Shown: positions 1 through 13,529, counted from the first letter of the whole stretch. The stretch is DNA of 63,511 nucleotides, filler included, from Choristocarpus tenellus KU-1152 (GCA_964200185.2; 9 parts of 9 records of this genome joined end to end with filler, not necessarily neighbours in it); one strand, 5' to 3'. Translations and numbers: made by a program. The notes: a model not told the origin generated them from the sequence alone.

Positions 1-75
1 ATAGAGGATAGATGAATAAGAAAATAGGAATGTGCAAAATAATAATAATAATCCAGAATTCGTGAGCAAAACAAA

Positions 76-478
76 TGTTACGGGCAAGTAACCCAAGTAT
101 TTCTTCTCGCGCTCTAGCCAGTGCAAGCAGTAAATGCGCGCGTGGAATCCCCAAAGGAAGAACTCCGATTTGCTGAAGTTGGAGAGTAGGATCCGTTGCT
201 TAAGAAAAAAAAGTTTTCAGATGTATTACAGTGTCTGTAAACTCGAAATGGATTAATGGCTAGCGGCACTTACCGCCACTCTCTTTTAATTCATGTCGTA
301 CACTTTCATTGAATGAGAGTATACCTTCATCTGCTGACCTGATATTCATCATCCTCGTTGGACCTTCTGGCTGTCAGGGTATCTCAGGGGTCCTGTACAG
401 GCATCAATGCCACCAATAGACCTGTGGCTTGGAGCTATATATATCCTGTGGAGGTAAGCTTTGGAGCGTGCTGTAACA
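76..478 (+). mobile_element. Solo LTR related to the gypsy 5' LTR at 45261-45748
   Basis: TGTTAC...GTAACA termini, CAAA on both flanks (4-bp TSD). The 3' end (ATCCTGTGGAGGTAAG...CTGTAACA) resembles 45711-45748. Confidence 0.6.
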
Positions 479-479
479 C

Positions 480-1400
480 AAACTCCAAAAACTTCTCAAG
501 TGAAATAACTCCTGCGCCATAATGCTAAGGGCTACATACTCCCTCTTCGTTGAAGACAGAGCTACAACCCTTTTGAATCTTTGACATACAAAATATATGC
601 TCCTCCTGCAATCACCATAATTCCCCCAGTCACTGATCTACAATTGTTACAATTCCTAGCATAACCAGCATAAGCTTATGCACTTAACGCACTCACAGTA
701 CCAAGACTGCCACAAATCAATCCAACAGTTGGACATGTATTCAAACTTGCAAATACACTTAAATGCACACCAATGTGCAACTTTGGGACTGCTAATGTAC
801 TTGGCAACCTCCAGAACTGTATTGGCGATATCTAGCCTGGGCATGTCAGCTGCCCACACCAAACAATCACAACCTCTCTGTACTGGGCATTATGATCAAA
901 ACTTGGATAATCTTCTTTGTCTAAAGTCCTTGAGAGATCATGGGGTACCTCCCTTTTCTTTTCCTCATCCATACCAAATCTTTGACGTTTGGTCTTGATG
1001 TACTTGATTTGACTGATACTCATTGTCTTTGCGATTCTGTCAAATGAAATATCACAACCAACGTGGTACCCGAGATCACCAAACTCCTCTATAGAAAACT
1101 GCCTCTCAATCCCGAAGCGAAGCCGTATCCCGCTATGATCATCAACATGGGGGGCAATTACTGCACAAACAGAACAGCTTTCTACCGCGGAGTATGTAAT
1201 GTAACACTCATGGATCTGCTCTGCTCTGCTCAAGACCACATTGTCCCAAAAACGTGCACCAACAAATGATCAAACTCCCTGCTGGCTTGTTGGTACCATC
1301 GAGTGCTTCCAATTAACACACAATCTTCTCTGACCACGGACCACATCTATCATATGCAGTTAAATTTGGAAAGTATTCATAACCTGTGCAAATTTAGAGT
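480..1400 (-). pseudogene. Ty1/copia RT-RNase H remnant, frameshifted
   Basis: VIAPHVDD, FGDLGYHVGC, RLDIANTVLEVAKY..PKVAHW motifs. Clearly homologous to 62330-63269. Confidence 0.85.
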
Positions 1401-1551
1401 ATTGTTTGTCTCAGTATGGAAAAAGAGAGAAGGAGATGGGAGCCTCACACGATTCCCCATTCCTGAATATGATTACATGGTTGAAAAGAAGAGTGACCTC
1501 ATGGGGTGTCTTCCTATTGCTTATATATTATTGTTTATACCTCAGATATAA

Positions 1552-1810
1552 GAGTCAAAGTATCTTAGAGGGTAGAGCCGCGTCCATTAGGGGCCAAAAT
1601 CCACTGTTGTGCGATTTTGATGAAAATTGGCTATCGTCTTCGATAAGAAGTGTCAATATCCATGTTCTGGGCACACCTTTTGATAACATACACACTTTAC
1701 CTACTCCTTAAAATTTTGGAGTAGAACAATGTCATAAAAGATTCCATGGGAAGCCAAGCCCCAAATGGACAAAAAGGGCAAAACTCATACGCTCTAAGAC
1801 ACTTTCACTC
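1552..1810. mobile_element. MITE family A
   Basis: TIRs GAGTCAAAGTATCTTAGAGGGTA / TACGCTCTAAGACACTTTCACTC. Flanks ATAA/AGAA. Confidence 0.85.
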
Positions 1811-1819
1811 AGAAGTAAA

Positions 1820-3400
1820 TGGTTATGTCAGAGAATTTTAATTGAAATACCAAACCCCATACATAACCCAAATTACTATCTCAATAGTTAAACCACACGG
1901 ACTCAATCCAATGCCATAATCTCACATACACAAAACAGGGCACACCATACAATTGTCCTATTTTGCACATATCACACAAACGAATACATATTTCTTCCCT
2001 AGTTTATGTTTGTTAAAAAGATTGTTTCGCATACTAATGCTTGATTATTTAGTGTCAAAACCATTCTTACACATACAGGCAATGGTGTCAGAGCAAGAGT
2101 AACACGGAAATCGAAAACCTCAATCTGATGAAGAACCTGTTGCTACCAGGCACGCCTACTACTCACTACCTCACCAGATTTATTGAACCTGTGCTTGTGA
2201 ATCCATTTTGATGTAAATTCTCCTCCGTCCAGAGAGTAACACGGCCTCCACCCAACTGTCATTCAAACAACGAACCAGACATCTCTTTGACTCTAGGTCA
2301 ATCCTATAAATCACATTCGAGAGAACTACGACCTACTACTTCAGTCTTGGGTTCAGGAGGGAAATCATCCGCTAGCACCCTATTTAACACTCTAATAGAC
2401 TCATAACTTACTCAAATCACAAGGTTAGCCTCGACGGAAAAATAAAAATAAATATATCAAAGAAATGTCAAACTCTTGCATAGCAAAACATGAAATATAT
2501 CAAAGGAGCTTGCATGGCCACCAGGTCTGGTGTAGCGCTCCAGAATGTTGGCCTCCAGTGTCGTCAAGTCTCCAGAGTTCCCTTCTGTTTTTGCTTTCAG
2601 CATCATTGATGCTGACGTCCTCTCCACTTCCTGATCCAAACAGAAGATATCAACCTCATATTCCCCTTGAACCTCGATCAGTCCAGGAGATGCCATCCTC
2701 AACACCCCCCAACTCTTGGACTGCGAGCAGACATGTCCTTAATTGCTTCGGCGAATGCGAGGAAGAAATATGCAGGCGGGAATTACCCCCTTCCTTGTCA
2801 GGGGAGCAAATGGTTGGGGGGGGTTCAAGCACCCGACATGTGCCGGGTACATATCACTATTCCACTCAAATTTGGTTGATAAACCCACCCCATTAAACAT
2901 AAATATGCGTCCCATGTTCCCTAAACCCTCAAATAGCCCAGGAAATACCATCTACGAACCTTGGTAAGACAGGATCCCATACCAGGTAGGGTCTCGTGTC
3001 AACACGACCAGTCATGAAACACTTCGATCCATCAATTCTTCAGGGACTCAAACATCAATGAACAATATCCGGTCTCAAAGAACACTATGCTGGGATACAA
3101 TAATATAGTATCTGCCATCAGCAGAATGCACCAAATGTCTTTGCTCTCTTGCTTTTCATGCCTTGAACGCTTGCCTCAAAATGTTTCACCACTAACCCAA
3201 CAGTAGCAAGTCAAGTGCTGTATTTCTCAAGTCCTCTAACGCTCCCAACAGTACCACCGTACCCATACATACATCTCTCAACATATATATTCCGCCAGAA
3301 CATGTTTCCTAATCAGGATGCCGAAACCATGTAGATCCAGGCACTAGACTAGGCCTACAAGCAGACTGATCAGTTTGTGCAAATTACCTTGGGAGGTAAT
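1820..3400 (+). mobile_element. Degenerate LTR retrotransposon 5' portion (LTR, tRNA-iMet-type PBS, decayed gag)
   Basis: ...GGCA-A-TGGTGTCAGAGC at 2083-2094 is one mismatch from the canonical iMet PBS TGGTATCAGAGC. Downstream is stop-riddled coding-like sequence. Confidence 0.4.
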
Positions 3401-3767
3401 GCTATTTGTTAGTAGTGAAGATAAGAAGGTGTGAAGCCTCACACGACCNNNNNNNNNNNNNNNNNNNNNNNNNNNNNNNNNNNNNNNNNNNNTTAATTAA
3501 TTAANNNNNNNNNNNNNNNNNNNNNNNNNNNNNNNNNNNNNNNNNNNNCTCACAAACCACTCCCCTCCCCCCAGATACTCTGACCCTTCATACATGATTC
3601 CTAACCCGCCATTGGTATGCAAAACCCGGAGGTATATGCCTCATGGCACAGGGCCTGATGATTTACTCTTGACACTGAAAGAGGTGGAAATGGGAAAGCA
3701 GATTCCTGCACAATCTGATAGAGGTACAACACGTTCTGCTGTGTTCATTCCATCAGCAGTGCCATAT

Positions 3768-4310
3768 AGGTCAAAGCACTTAAGAGGGTAGGTAGGGGTT
3801 TTGCCCTTTCTGCCTGTTTGGGGCTTGACTTCCCACGAGTTTTTTATGCCCTTTTCGGATTTTTGTGTGAACACAGTTGCCCTAACCCTACAATGTATAC
3901 GGCTATGAAAGAGGTGCATATGGAGTAAGGATATTGACACTCGAGCAAATGATCTTAGGGTTAGGGTAGAGCCGCGTTCATTTGGGGGGCCACAATCCAA
4001 TGTTGCGATTTTGATGTAATTATGGCTATCGTATTTGTTAGGAAGTGTCCATATCCTTGTTCCGGACACACCTTTTTTTTGTAACGTATACATTTTACCT
4101 ACTCCGAAATATTTTGGAGTAGGAAAATATCATAAAAAAAGCTCCATGGGAAGCCAAGTCCCAAACGGAAAAAAAAGGGCAAAAATCGTACCCTCTAAGA
4201 TACTTTCACTCACTTGCTAGCAACCACTATAGCCGAAATGAATCAAAACCACAACGTCGGATTTATGACCCCAAACGGACGTGGCCCTACCCTCTTTAAT
4301 GCTATGGCCT
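3768..4310. mobile_element. MITE family C containing a nested family A copy (3943-4211)
   Basis: Outer TIR TCAAAGCACTTAAGAGGGTAGG / CCTACCCTCTTTAATGCTATGG. Inner element flanked by ACTC/ACTT. Confidence 0.75.
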
Positions 4311-4577
4311 AACCCTAACCCTTGACGCCATGTTTGAGTTACACAGAAACAAGATACCTAGTCCCCAATGCACCAGATATACTAGGACTCTGTTGATACA
4401 CGTGAACAGGGTTAGGGCTAGGGGGCAGCCCCTCTCGCCTGGAAATGAGGGACCTGAATAGACTGCACCACATTTTACTAAACTCTATTGGTGCTTTATG
4501 CCAGAGGACTGGTGCTACGCACACAGTTGTCAACGCCTTCCACCTGCGGTTGCGGATGCCGATCAACACCTAAGTAT

Positions 4578-7500
4578 CTAATGCCAACTTGTTCCGTGCA
4601 TCAACACTTTGGAATCACATACTCCACTCTCCCCCAATAAACAATGCTCACAGCCTCCTCCATACCTTGCAAGCAGTTGTGCCCGTTCCAAATCAAGAGA
4701 GTCCTCACGACCTGTTCCCATTTGTTGAGACGGGTGCAATGGGTGCCTCTTGCCTCTTGTCCATTCCTCTCCAAGCGCCCTAGTGCGAACAAACTCACTC
4801 TTGTTGCCATCACCATCGCCAACGCCATCGCCATCGCCATCGCCATCGCCATCACCATCACACAACCTATACGATCGCTGAGATGGCGACAATGTGAACA
4901 TATCTCTCCGCCGTTGACTGTCACCGGGCACAGTGTCCCTCACAAAGGCTGTCTGTCGCTGCCCCTCCCTCTCCTTCCCCTTAGGATCAAATCCGTACCG
5001 GGTGCCACTATCTGTATGCATAAGTGATTGAGGGTGCGAACGGTTGGAGTCACTTACACTGCAAGCAGACACTCCTCTTTGTAGGGCTGCTCTGGCGGAG
5101 CGAGGCCTGCGTAATTGCCTGGGTTCCTTCGGCCCCTCTCCTGCCCCTGCCCTGCACTCCCCTCCTCGCCAACTATCCACATCTTCCATCAAGAACGGCC
5201 TCTGGAGTAGACTGTAAGCACGCCGAGCAGTTCCCCCAACATTCCCTTCTACTTCCTCTTTGGTAATTCCATCATCCTCCCTTCCCTTCCTGCTCTCCTC
5301 TCTCCACCCCACCCCCATGTTGGCCATGGCTTCTCCCCCCCCTTCACCATCAAATAGAGGATAAGCTACTGCCGGTCTGTGCAGCTGATCACTCAAACCC
5401 GCCCCATTGCTATCAGAAAGCTCCTCTCCCATCCCGTTCCTCTCCTTCTCCTCAGTTGCTGCTGCAACAGTCCCATCCCCTCTATCGCGTATGCCTCCTC
5501 TGGCCTGAGGACTTAAGACCTCCCCAAAGTCAGCAATTGGTCTCCGAGAACATCGATTGGCAAGGGCCTTGTCTGTTGGGAAGTCACTGACGTGAGGGTG
5601 CACGTGTCGAGGTGGAAATATAGATAGGACCTGCCTGTCTGCTTCCATTTCCTTCTTCACTGCCAATTTTACAGCCTTGGGATTCTCCCTGGGACCTACC
5701 CTTGTGACAAGTGGCTCTGAGGTCCCTGTTTCCTTGGCAGTGCCTGAACCCTGCCATGGCTCGTCTCCTGCTGCAGGTCCGAATCTTGCTCTCATATATA
5801 GCTTGCGGTAATACGGATCTAATGGATGATCCCACATTGTTTTGCCTGCATACATTCAGACATGAGGGGTGAGTATCCTCCTTTTTTGCATCTAACCCAA
5901 GCGGGACGTTTTGTGTATTGAGATGGAATCGTGGTGGATAGCACAGGAAATGGGTCTGGATTGGATGATCTGAGCTGGATAGAGGTGGAGTAAGGTAAAC
6001 TTCACAGCATTTCTGAAAAATGTCGAAGGTGGGCAATAAGGCAATGGGGATACCGTCCAAGTGACCTCGAGGAATATTTCATTGTGTCTGAAAGGATCAA
6101 CATATGCACCCCCCACTTACAAAAAAAAGCTACCGTACTTCTCAAATCCATGTCACAAAGATACTCCACCTGATCCGTTCATATCCTTGGCTACATGTCA
6201 ATTCTTCTTCATAATAGTCATCTCTGCTTCATTCAAGTTCCCAAGGCCTATTCATTGACCAGCTATGCCCAGCACATTGAAGATCAATGCACACACCTGT
6301 CAGCTCGTTATGGTAGTATACCTTGCTGTTTGTTTCTGTGTGTATTGACCAACCCCCTGGAAGGGGTGCTCTGAGTGCCTCCCTTGCAACCCAAAGTTCA
6401 TTTACATCACTGCTGACCCGTATACCAAGTTTTCGTGCCATCTCAACCAGCTCAAATGACAGCCCCACCCCTGACCACCTCCCGGTTCTGCGCCATACCC
6501 TCAAAACAGCATCTGCTTCCTCATCAGCCTCCTCCTGAAGGGCGACCTTTCGAAGGGCCCGCCTCCAGTGCACCGAGCTCTCCACCATGGAAGCAAACCT
6601 CCCCACTGACAATTGCCCATCTCCATGGATGTCAAATCTCACCAGCATGCGTTGGGTATCTGAAGCGGACATGTTAAGTCCAAGTGCTGCCAGACCCATC
6701 ACGAACTCTTCTGTAGTTGTATCAGCTGCGAAATTATCAACACCAGTCTTTGCTCTTCCACCCACCCTTGCACCTCCCCCACCTTTGTCACGTACACCTG
6801 AAGTGCATGTTCTACTCCTCCCACCCCTCTGACAAGCACCACCCCTGGTGCTGTAACCCTTGCCTCTAGCTGCACCTCTGGATGTTGACATTGTCGCTGC
6901 TTGGCCCTTTTTATTTCTATCACCTGTAGTGTGGATGCCAGTGTGTGCCTTGGCACCTAGCTGAAATGCCCCTTCAAGATTAAAGTTTCTCTTTCCCAAG
7001 GCTTCAAGTTGTCCCTGCAGCTGCCTGCATATGTCATTCTGGAGTTCTTGGTGGTGGGGATCTGTGACAAAGACAACAAACTCCCCATAGCACATCCTGT
7101 CTCCACCGTCCACTGCAATTAACCTTAAGAGTTCCTGGAGAAATACAGAGCATGAGAAAAGTTATGCTTTACAGGAGTAGAAGAGCTTGGAGAAGAGGTC
7201 AGAGGGGTTGGGTGGAGGAATAGGGTGAAAGAGAAAGGAAAACCAATGCAGGCATATGAAAGAGTGATGGTAGCAACTCAAGTGTGTGGGATGACAGAGG
7301 ATGCTAGATCTGGCTCACACAAGGTCAGTGGAAGGGAAGTGGATGAGCCTGGAAGGCACGAAATTAATTATTCGGGTTACGGATGTGTTAGGACTTATCA
7401 CAAGAGATGTAATGGTGCATTGTTGTGACATGTTTGATATGAGACCAAGCAGAACACTGAATGGTGGAATCATTGACTTCAACAAGGAGTAATAGCCCAC

Positions 7501-10500
7501 TTTATCTTCCCTGGGGTGCATCAAAAAGGACAAGATAAAGATACTGAACGTGTGGGTTCATATTGACCAGGGAGGGAAGAAATTTGGCATGCATAGCTGA
7601 ACACCAAGATAGGAAGTCAATGGTGCTCACCAGAGATTCTTCTGCAGATATCTTAAGGCGGAGGTCAGATAAAGCTTCCCTCATCTCCTCAGAGTTGACA
7701 TACCCACAAAATCGCCGGTCAAAGTGGCCGAAAATTCGCTTCAATGAGCAGTTGGTGGCTGCCTGCCTCTCCATTACCATTCTCCGGAGATGGATAGCTG
7801 CTCTGTGTACTCGATTCCCCTTTCCGTTGTCTGCTGGACCCATTGTACCCGCCCTGGCATCTCTACTTTCACTATCCCTATCAATACCCCTCGCCATGGT
7901 TCCTCCCTTTACTGCACCTTGGGGTTTGATCCCATGTGTATACTTACCCATGCTGGGGCTGTATTTTGTGGCAGGCATGTTTACAGCAACATCTAATGGG
8001 GTCTCTATTTCCCTCCCACAATCGCTAGTGATTGTGAAGTCTTGATATGCTAAGCCCATTCTTTGTGTTGGTTCTCCACCAGCTTGATCCCCTCCCCCCT
8101 TTTCCTCCAGGGAGACCAAGACTCTTGTACGTCCCTGCCAGCAGCCACCTTGAGGGCACTGCATTTCCTCATTTTGTGGGCCCTTTACGTCCCTGTGCAG
8201 ACCCATCTGATTCCCAACCATATTTATGTTGTCCCTCTCCATTTTGTCAAGCTTGTCATCTTCTACAGTGTCCTCTTGTACAGTGGACACCTTGCCCCTG
8301 GACCTGTGTTCAACCCATGAGTCAGATTCCTTATTCCTACCACCCCCATTGTACCTATCCCTTGACTGTTCTCCGTGCCTCCCTCTGGTGCTTCTTCCCA
8401 CTCTGCCCCAACTCTGACTGGCTGCAAGTCGGGCCCGTTCTTCATGATGCTTTGAGTCGTAATCCCATTGCCATGTAGTATGAGGGTTCCAGTTATCTAG
8501 CCAACAGCTATCGTCACAGTTAAGGGTGTCCTCTCTACTGTCCCTGTTTGCTTTTTCCCATTCTTCCACCTCACTCCCTTTGATTCCCATGTTGCCATTT
8601 CCACAGCCATTCTTATCCCCTTGCTCATGATCATCCTCTTCTTTACCCTCTCGATAGATGTACACGCTGCCATCGTCAGCCAGCCGATCAGGCAGGTCTT
8701 CATGTGATGAATACGGCCGGCCACTGTAGGAGGCTGAGACACGCTCTAGCTCATTCTCGCTAAGTTAAAGAAGGTCCCAGAGGGGTGTTGCGACGGGTTC
8801 CATATACATGCAGAGTAGTGGATATACTTAAAGTCTGTGTGGAGAACCTACGCATTTACATAAAATAGTATATAAAGTCTATGATTCCTAGATCCCCGAC
8901 ACAGTTGATAGAATCTGGTTGGTAAGCAATATCTTCCTATAGTACACACACAAATACTCTATGTGACACATTTGCAACAACTTTGGCAGGTATTAAGTAG
9001 CACCACAACACAGTTATGGCATGCAGCAACAAGGAGCACATAGGGAGAATCGCAATAAGAACAATGATGCCAAAGAAAAATTAGACTGCACGGCATTGAA
9101 AGATATGTAAGTTAATACCTAAATGGGTCGTCCTCCTCATCTCCACAATCGATAATGCCATGATGACTCTGCTCTGATAATTCTGAGTCATCCTTCTCCG
9201 ACCTTGTGTTATCAAGGAAGCAGTCAGACTGCTCAATCCTGTCACCATTATTTGCATTCAAAGCTCCTTGCTGGTCACAGGACCTCCTTGTGACCCTCGA
9301 CTTTCCAGGCTCCCATCCGGAACCACGAAAAAGGGTCGGCTTCGCAGATGTAGGACGTCTAGATCGTAAACTGCATCGTTCACCGCCACCGGAATAGAGG
9401 CCAACAAGCGGACTTCCTGATATACCTGCATCGCTCCATCCCCGCTCCCTGGAGGCAACAACATGTTTATCCAAACTTGTGGGCATATTTGTCCACTGGT
9501 TACTGCGTTCTCTGTTTGCAGATGCAGGACGTCGGTTTACGGGTCTCCCTCTCCGAGGTTTTGACTGACCATAGGCAGAGCTGGAGATTGTCGCGCTGTC
9601 GCCAAAGATCAGGTTTCTGTCGCTGTTAACACAATGCCATTTCTTCTCCAACGAAGATCTTGCTTCTCGTTCAGCATGTGCCCTTCGACCTAGGCGAGCC
9701 GAACGCCGCAAAAGATCTGCTTCGCAGCGTGTGACACCCCTTTCTATTTTCCTTGCAAGGAGACCTGTCATTTCCCCTATGCCTACGTCGAGCAGGTGCA
9801 TATCTTCTAGTTCCAGGAGGGTCATACCGCCAAGGGGGTGACCTCGCACTTGTTGTAATCTTTGACTTCGGGGTATTCGATCAAGCCTTCTCCTCTGTTT
9901 ATCTAGACGTGACCTTTGAAGTGCGCGATCTCTTGACCTGCCTCCGTTGAACACCATCCTCTCGTTGCTGATATCCTCATGCCGATCTTCATTCCAATGA
10001 GGAGGGCTAGGGGGTTCGTTGGGTGGGATTTTTTCCCACCCTGGGGTAGAATAATCCCCCTCCCACCGACTAGCCCCGCCCTCTATATCTATCCATTCGC
10101 TTTCAGAGGAAATGTAACTGGAATCCCTGCCATGGTGGTCTCCCCATAGCGTCTCTTCCTCTCCTTCCTCGGACTGATGCATTTCATATTCTCTTTCCAC
10201 CCTCTCTGCTTCTTCCACAGATGATTCTCGGGAAGCACCACCTCGTAGGGCGGGGCAAGCAGACCTATCATCGTCTTCGATATGTTCCGGTGTCGCCATC
10301 GGAATGAATCCTAATCTGGCACGCTCTTCTAGTTCTGCTCGAAGCTTGTCCAGGTCGGCGCAATCTCCGAGGTCCAATTGATTTGCTTGGTCAAAGCCGG
10401 GCGATCCCCCAACATCTTGGGAATAGTCAACTGAGGGGACAACAGGTGATAAAGAGTAAGTGAGTGAGTCAGTAGGCTGTATCCAAGGAGTGTCGCCTGA

Positions 10501-10572
10501 CTTCTCCATTGCACCCTTCCGTTTCTCGCTCCAACAGGAGTAGAGTTTAGCCCTCTTATTACAACAATACAT
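4578..10572 (-). CDS. Multi-exon EF-hand + CEP164-type WW domain protein, ~1540-1560 aa; exons 10572(or 10509)-9119, 8759-7631, 7134-6297, 5845-4578
   Basis: Four long ORFs join in frame at GT/AG sites (4626 nt from ATG 10509 = 1542 codons). EF-hand loops FDRRFCGYVNSEE, IAVDGGDRMCYGEF, FDIHGDGQLSVGRF. The WW domain APLPGGW..YYHNELTG|KTMWDHPLD spans intron 3. Confidence 0.75.
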
Positions 10573-10776
10573 TCTTGTAATGTTGCAATACCCAGGTTGG
10601 CGTTACACATGTGAAGACGTACGTGAATTTGTAAATATCAAGTCAAACTAAACTCAACATCGAAGACACTATGAATTAATTGATTGTTTCCCTCCCAAGC
10701 GCATTACTATTGGGAGTGGGCACAAGCTAAGGTCTAGATCACCTGCTAGCCGTGTCAGCTTGCTACTATTTAGGTT
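10573..10776. promoter_or_regulatory. Probable bidirectional promoter between divergent genes
   Basis: Only ~200-270 bp separates the two head-to-head ATGs, with no TE insertion. Confidence 0.5.
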
Positions 10777-13529
10777 ATGTCGGCACTTTCGGGTTCCCGA
10801 CAGGCCTTCTGTCGGGCAAGGCGGGTCATTTTTGAGGGCAAGTACTTCCTGAGCACACAAGCTGCTCCTGACCAAGTTGGCGGCAGCAGACTGAATGCCC
10901 TTCGTAAGCGGCTCAGCGAGGAGGACTCTTCGAATGTAAAGATATCTAACTTTACTTTTTCGGAGGAGGTTGCATATGGTACAGCAGTACCGAAGCGTAC
11001 ACGTGACAAAAACGGGAAGGTTGGTACCTTGTGCGAGGTGACGTGTTAGTTTGCTGTTGTATTCCAACATTGCTACTAGATTCATATAGACCGCAGAGAC
11101 CTATCTGGATTATTATGGTTCGCAACCACCACTGCTTGGCGTATAGCTGGGATATGGTTACTATCTTTGCCTGCTCGGCTGTGCTTTTGTCGCGACCTTG
11201 AAGGTGATACACCGGAAGCCCAGCTGGCTCAAGGCTGTACCTACGCAGGGTGAGAATTATGAAAGACTAAGGTCTACTGTTCGTGAGCTTGGGCTTGCCA
11301 CAGTTTGTGAGGAAGCAAAGTGCCCAAATATAGGGGAGTGTTGGGGAGGAGCGGACGGCACGGCCACTGCAACAATAATGATAATGGGTGACACTTGCAC
11401 GAGAGGATGCAGGTGTGTTACATAACATTTCTCTGCAAGCAGCTTGTATGGTACTTTGAGGAAAGTGTTGCACTCGCGGTACGTTTTAAGTACGATCCTG
11501 TACTGGTAATCACATGCCAGGTGTCTAGGTCAACGGGATTTCATGCTGCCTGATCATTGGTGTAGGTTGCTACATTTCACGTTGCTGATGGGGTGACCCT
11601 TCAATGTCAATCCTTGCAGTTGCTGTTGCTGCTACGTAAGCGAAACTGTGATGATTAGCCCTTCTTCCTTGTAACTTACTTGTTGAAGAGCTGAAGCTAC
11701 GAGAATAGCAGCCTGGATTGCACTGTGATGTTATGTTTAGGATGGAGGCATTCCCACATCACCTCAAGAGTGGCATACCAATGCCAAATGCATGTGTATC
11801 TTTGTTTGCTCATGTGACATATCATTGTTATCCCCTTCCCATCCCCTCTCTTATCATGTACAACAATCACTGCACAACAGCTTTTGTGCTGTTAAGACCA
11901 ACCGAGCGCCACCTCCCCTAGACAACTTAGAGCCAGAAAAGGTGGCAAAAGCTTTGACAGACTGGGGCCTCGACTATGTTGTTCTGACCAGCGTTGATAG
12001 GGACGATTTACCTGATCAAGGAGCCAACCACTTCGCCAGGTGATACCCACATTCACCCCCTAAAGGCAAATCCCACCATGAAACAGTTGCATTTAGTTAA
12101 GGGCTAAAGACCCCCCTTCGTGTAGTCAGCCTGATACACTGCAACGATCTTGCCCCCCTTTGCCCTACACAGGGAGGGATGGGATGGGGGGAGTTGTGTG
12201 TGCAGGTCTATCTTCTAAAGACTTTCGAGGTGACTCTTCCCGGAACAGTGCTTCTGCTGGCTCTCCTCCAGGGGCAGTTTCTTACCAACTATACAGCATG
12301 CCATATTACATGTCTACAATACCCTTGGTGTATGTTGTACTCCATAGCTCTCCACAGTATGGCAAAAGAAGACAGTGCCTATGCTGTGGTGTCAGCCTTC
12401 CAACGTTGTTAGGATAAGGTCAGGGGTCTGGTTTCACATTGGACGCTTGGTAATAATCTGGTGCTAAGACCTCCCCTCACCTCTTGGCCCCTCAACCCAA
12501 CCCGCATCTCCCCTGCCCACTCTGTGACACCCTGGTTGTTGTTCTACATGTGCTCCTCTTCCCCATGACGACCGCTGCATCATACGAAACACGTGCCTCT
12601 ACTCGACTCCACCCGCCTCTCAATGGTGATGTACCCCAGCACAGTGCGGCTTGTGAAGGAGAAAGCCCCTAAGATGCTGGTGGAGTGTCTCACACCCGAC
12701 TTTCGCGGAAATATGGACCTTGTTGAGGAGGTGGCTCTTTCAGGCCTTGATGTTTTCGCACACAATCTTGAGACTGTGGAGCGTCTTCAGGGTAGGGTTA
12801 GGGATCACCGTGCAGGATATGATCAGAGCCTGGCAGTGCTGAAACATGCCAAGGAGGTCACACGGGGCAAGGTAAGGGCAGGGCAGGGCAGGGAAGGGCA
12901 GGGGGAATCACAGGGAGAAAGGAATTTTTTTGTCTTTTAAAAAATTTCAGTCAGAATACTACTGTGTTGGAATGCCTCAGGCAACTACTCCACTGCTTCC
13001 AAATACGATGCATCTTTGTAGGGTGCACCTCGGGTGCCTGATACAAAAGTTTGCAACCATGAATGCACTCCGAAATGTGTGTCCATGGCACGTAGTCTAA
13101 TGAGCAAAGCGTAAGTTATACGCTGTGAAGTCTACTGGCAGAGGGTATGGAAGGGCAGTATCCCAGGGAAGGTGCGGGGGTCGTTGGAAGAGGTGCATGA
13201 TGATTGTCTCTGGATCTCGACAGTGATCCTGATGTATTCAATGCCCGTGCCTTAATTTTCGAGAACCGCCTCCCCCCCGGGGGTGCGATATTCACGATCA
13301 TGTAACCCCACCACTGCTTGCCACAACCTCAAAGGTGCTGACAAAGACATCCCTAATGCTGGGATGTGGGGAACGGCCCGAGGATGTTGAGGCTACACTG
13401 CGAGATCTTCGATCGGTGGATTGTGATGTTGTGACATTTGGGCAGTACCTTCGACCGAGCAAGAGACACATGCCAATGAGAGAGTACATCACCCCAGAGG
13501 CGTTTGAGGAGTGGAAGCGGGTAGCCGAG
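10777..13529 (+). CDS. LIAS: Lipoyl synthase, mitochondrial type; exons 10777-11019, 11204-11412, 11881-12039, 12640-12871, 13335-13529; last exon not found before the gap
   Basis: KPSWLK, auxiliary cluster motif [12 protein letters not shown], radical SAM CTRGC|[41 protein letters not shown]. All junctions are GT-AG and in frame. The Arg/Ser-rich N-terminus resembles a transit peptide. Confidence 0.96.

Noticed and set aside
3449-3548. N-run with central TTAATTAATTAA, repeated eight times (also 14528, 32240, 35064, 41548, 44158, 53370, 58290)
   Set aside because: Artificial 100-bp contig linker with stop codons in all six frames; not biological.
3641-4093. ORFs overlapping MITEs (e.g. 3641-4093, 16887-17102, 51120-51365)
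   Set aside because: Chance frames through non-coding repeats; not conserved as ORFs between copies.
10777-13529. Lipoyl synthase as bacterial lipA, HGT or contamination
   Set aside because: It has spliceosomal introns and a transit-peptide-like N-terminus, so it is an ordinary nuclear gene. The missing last exon is explained by the contig end.
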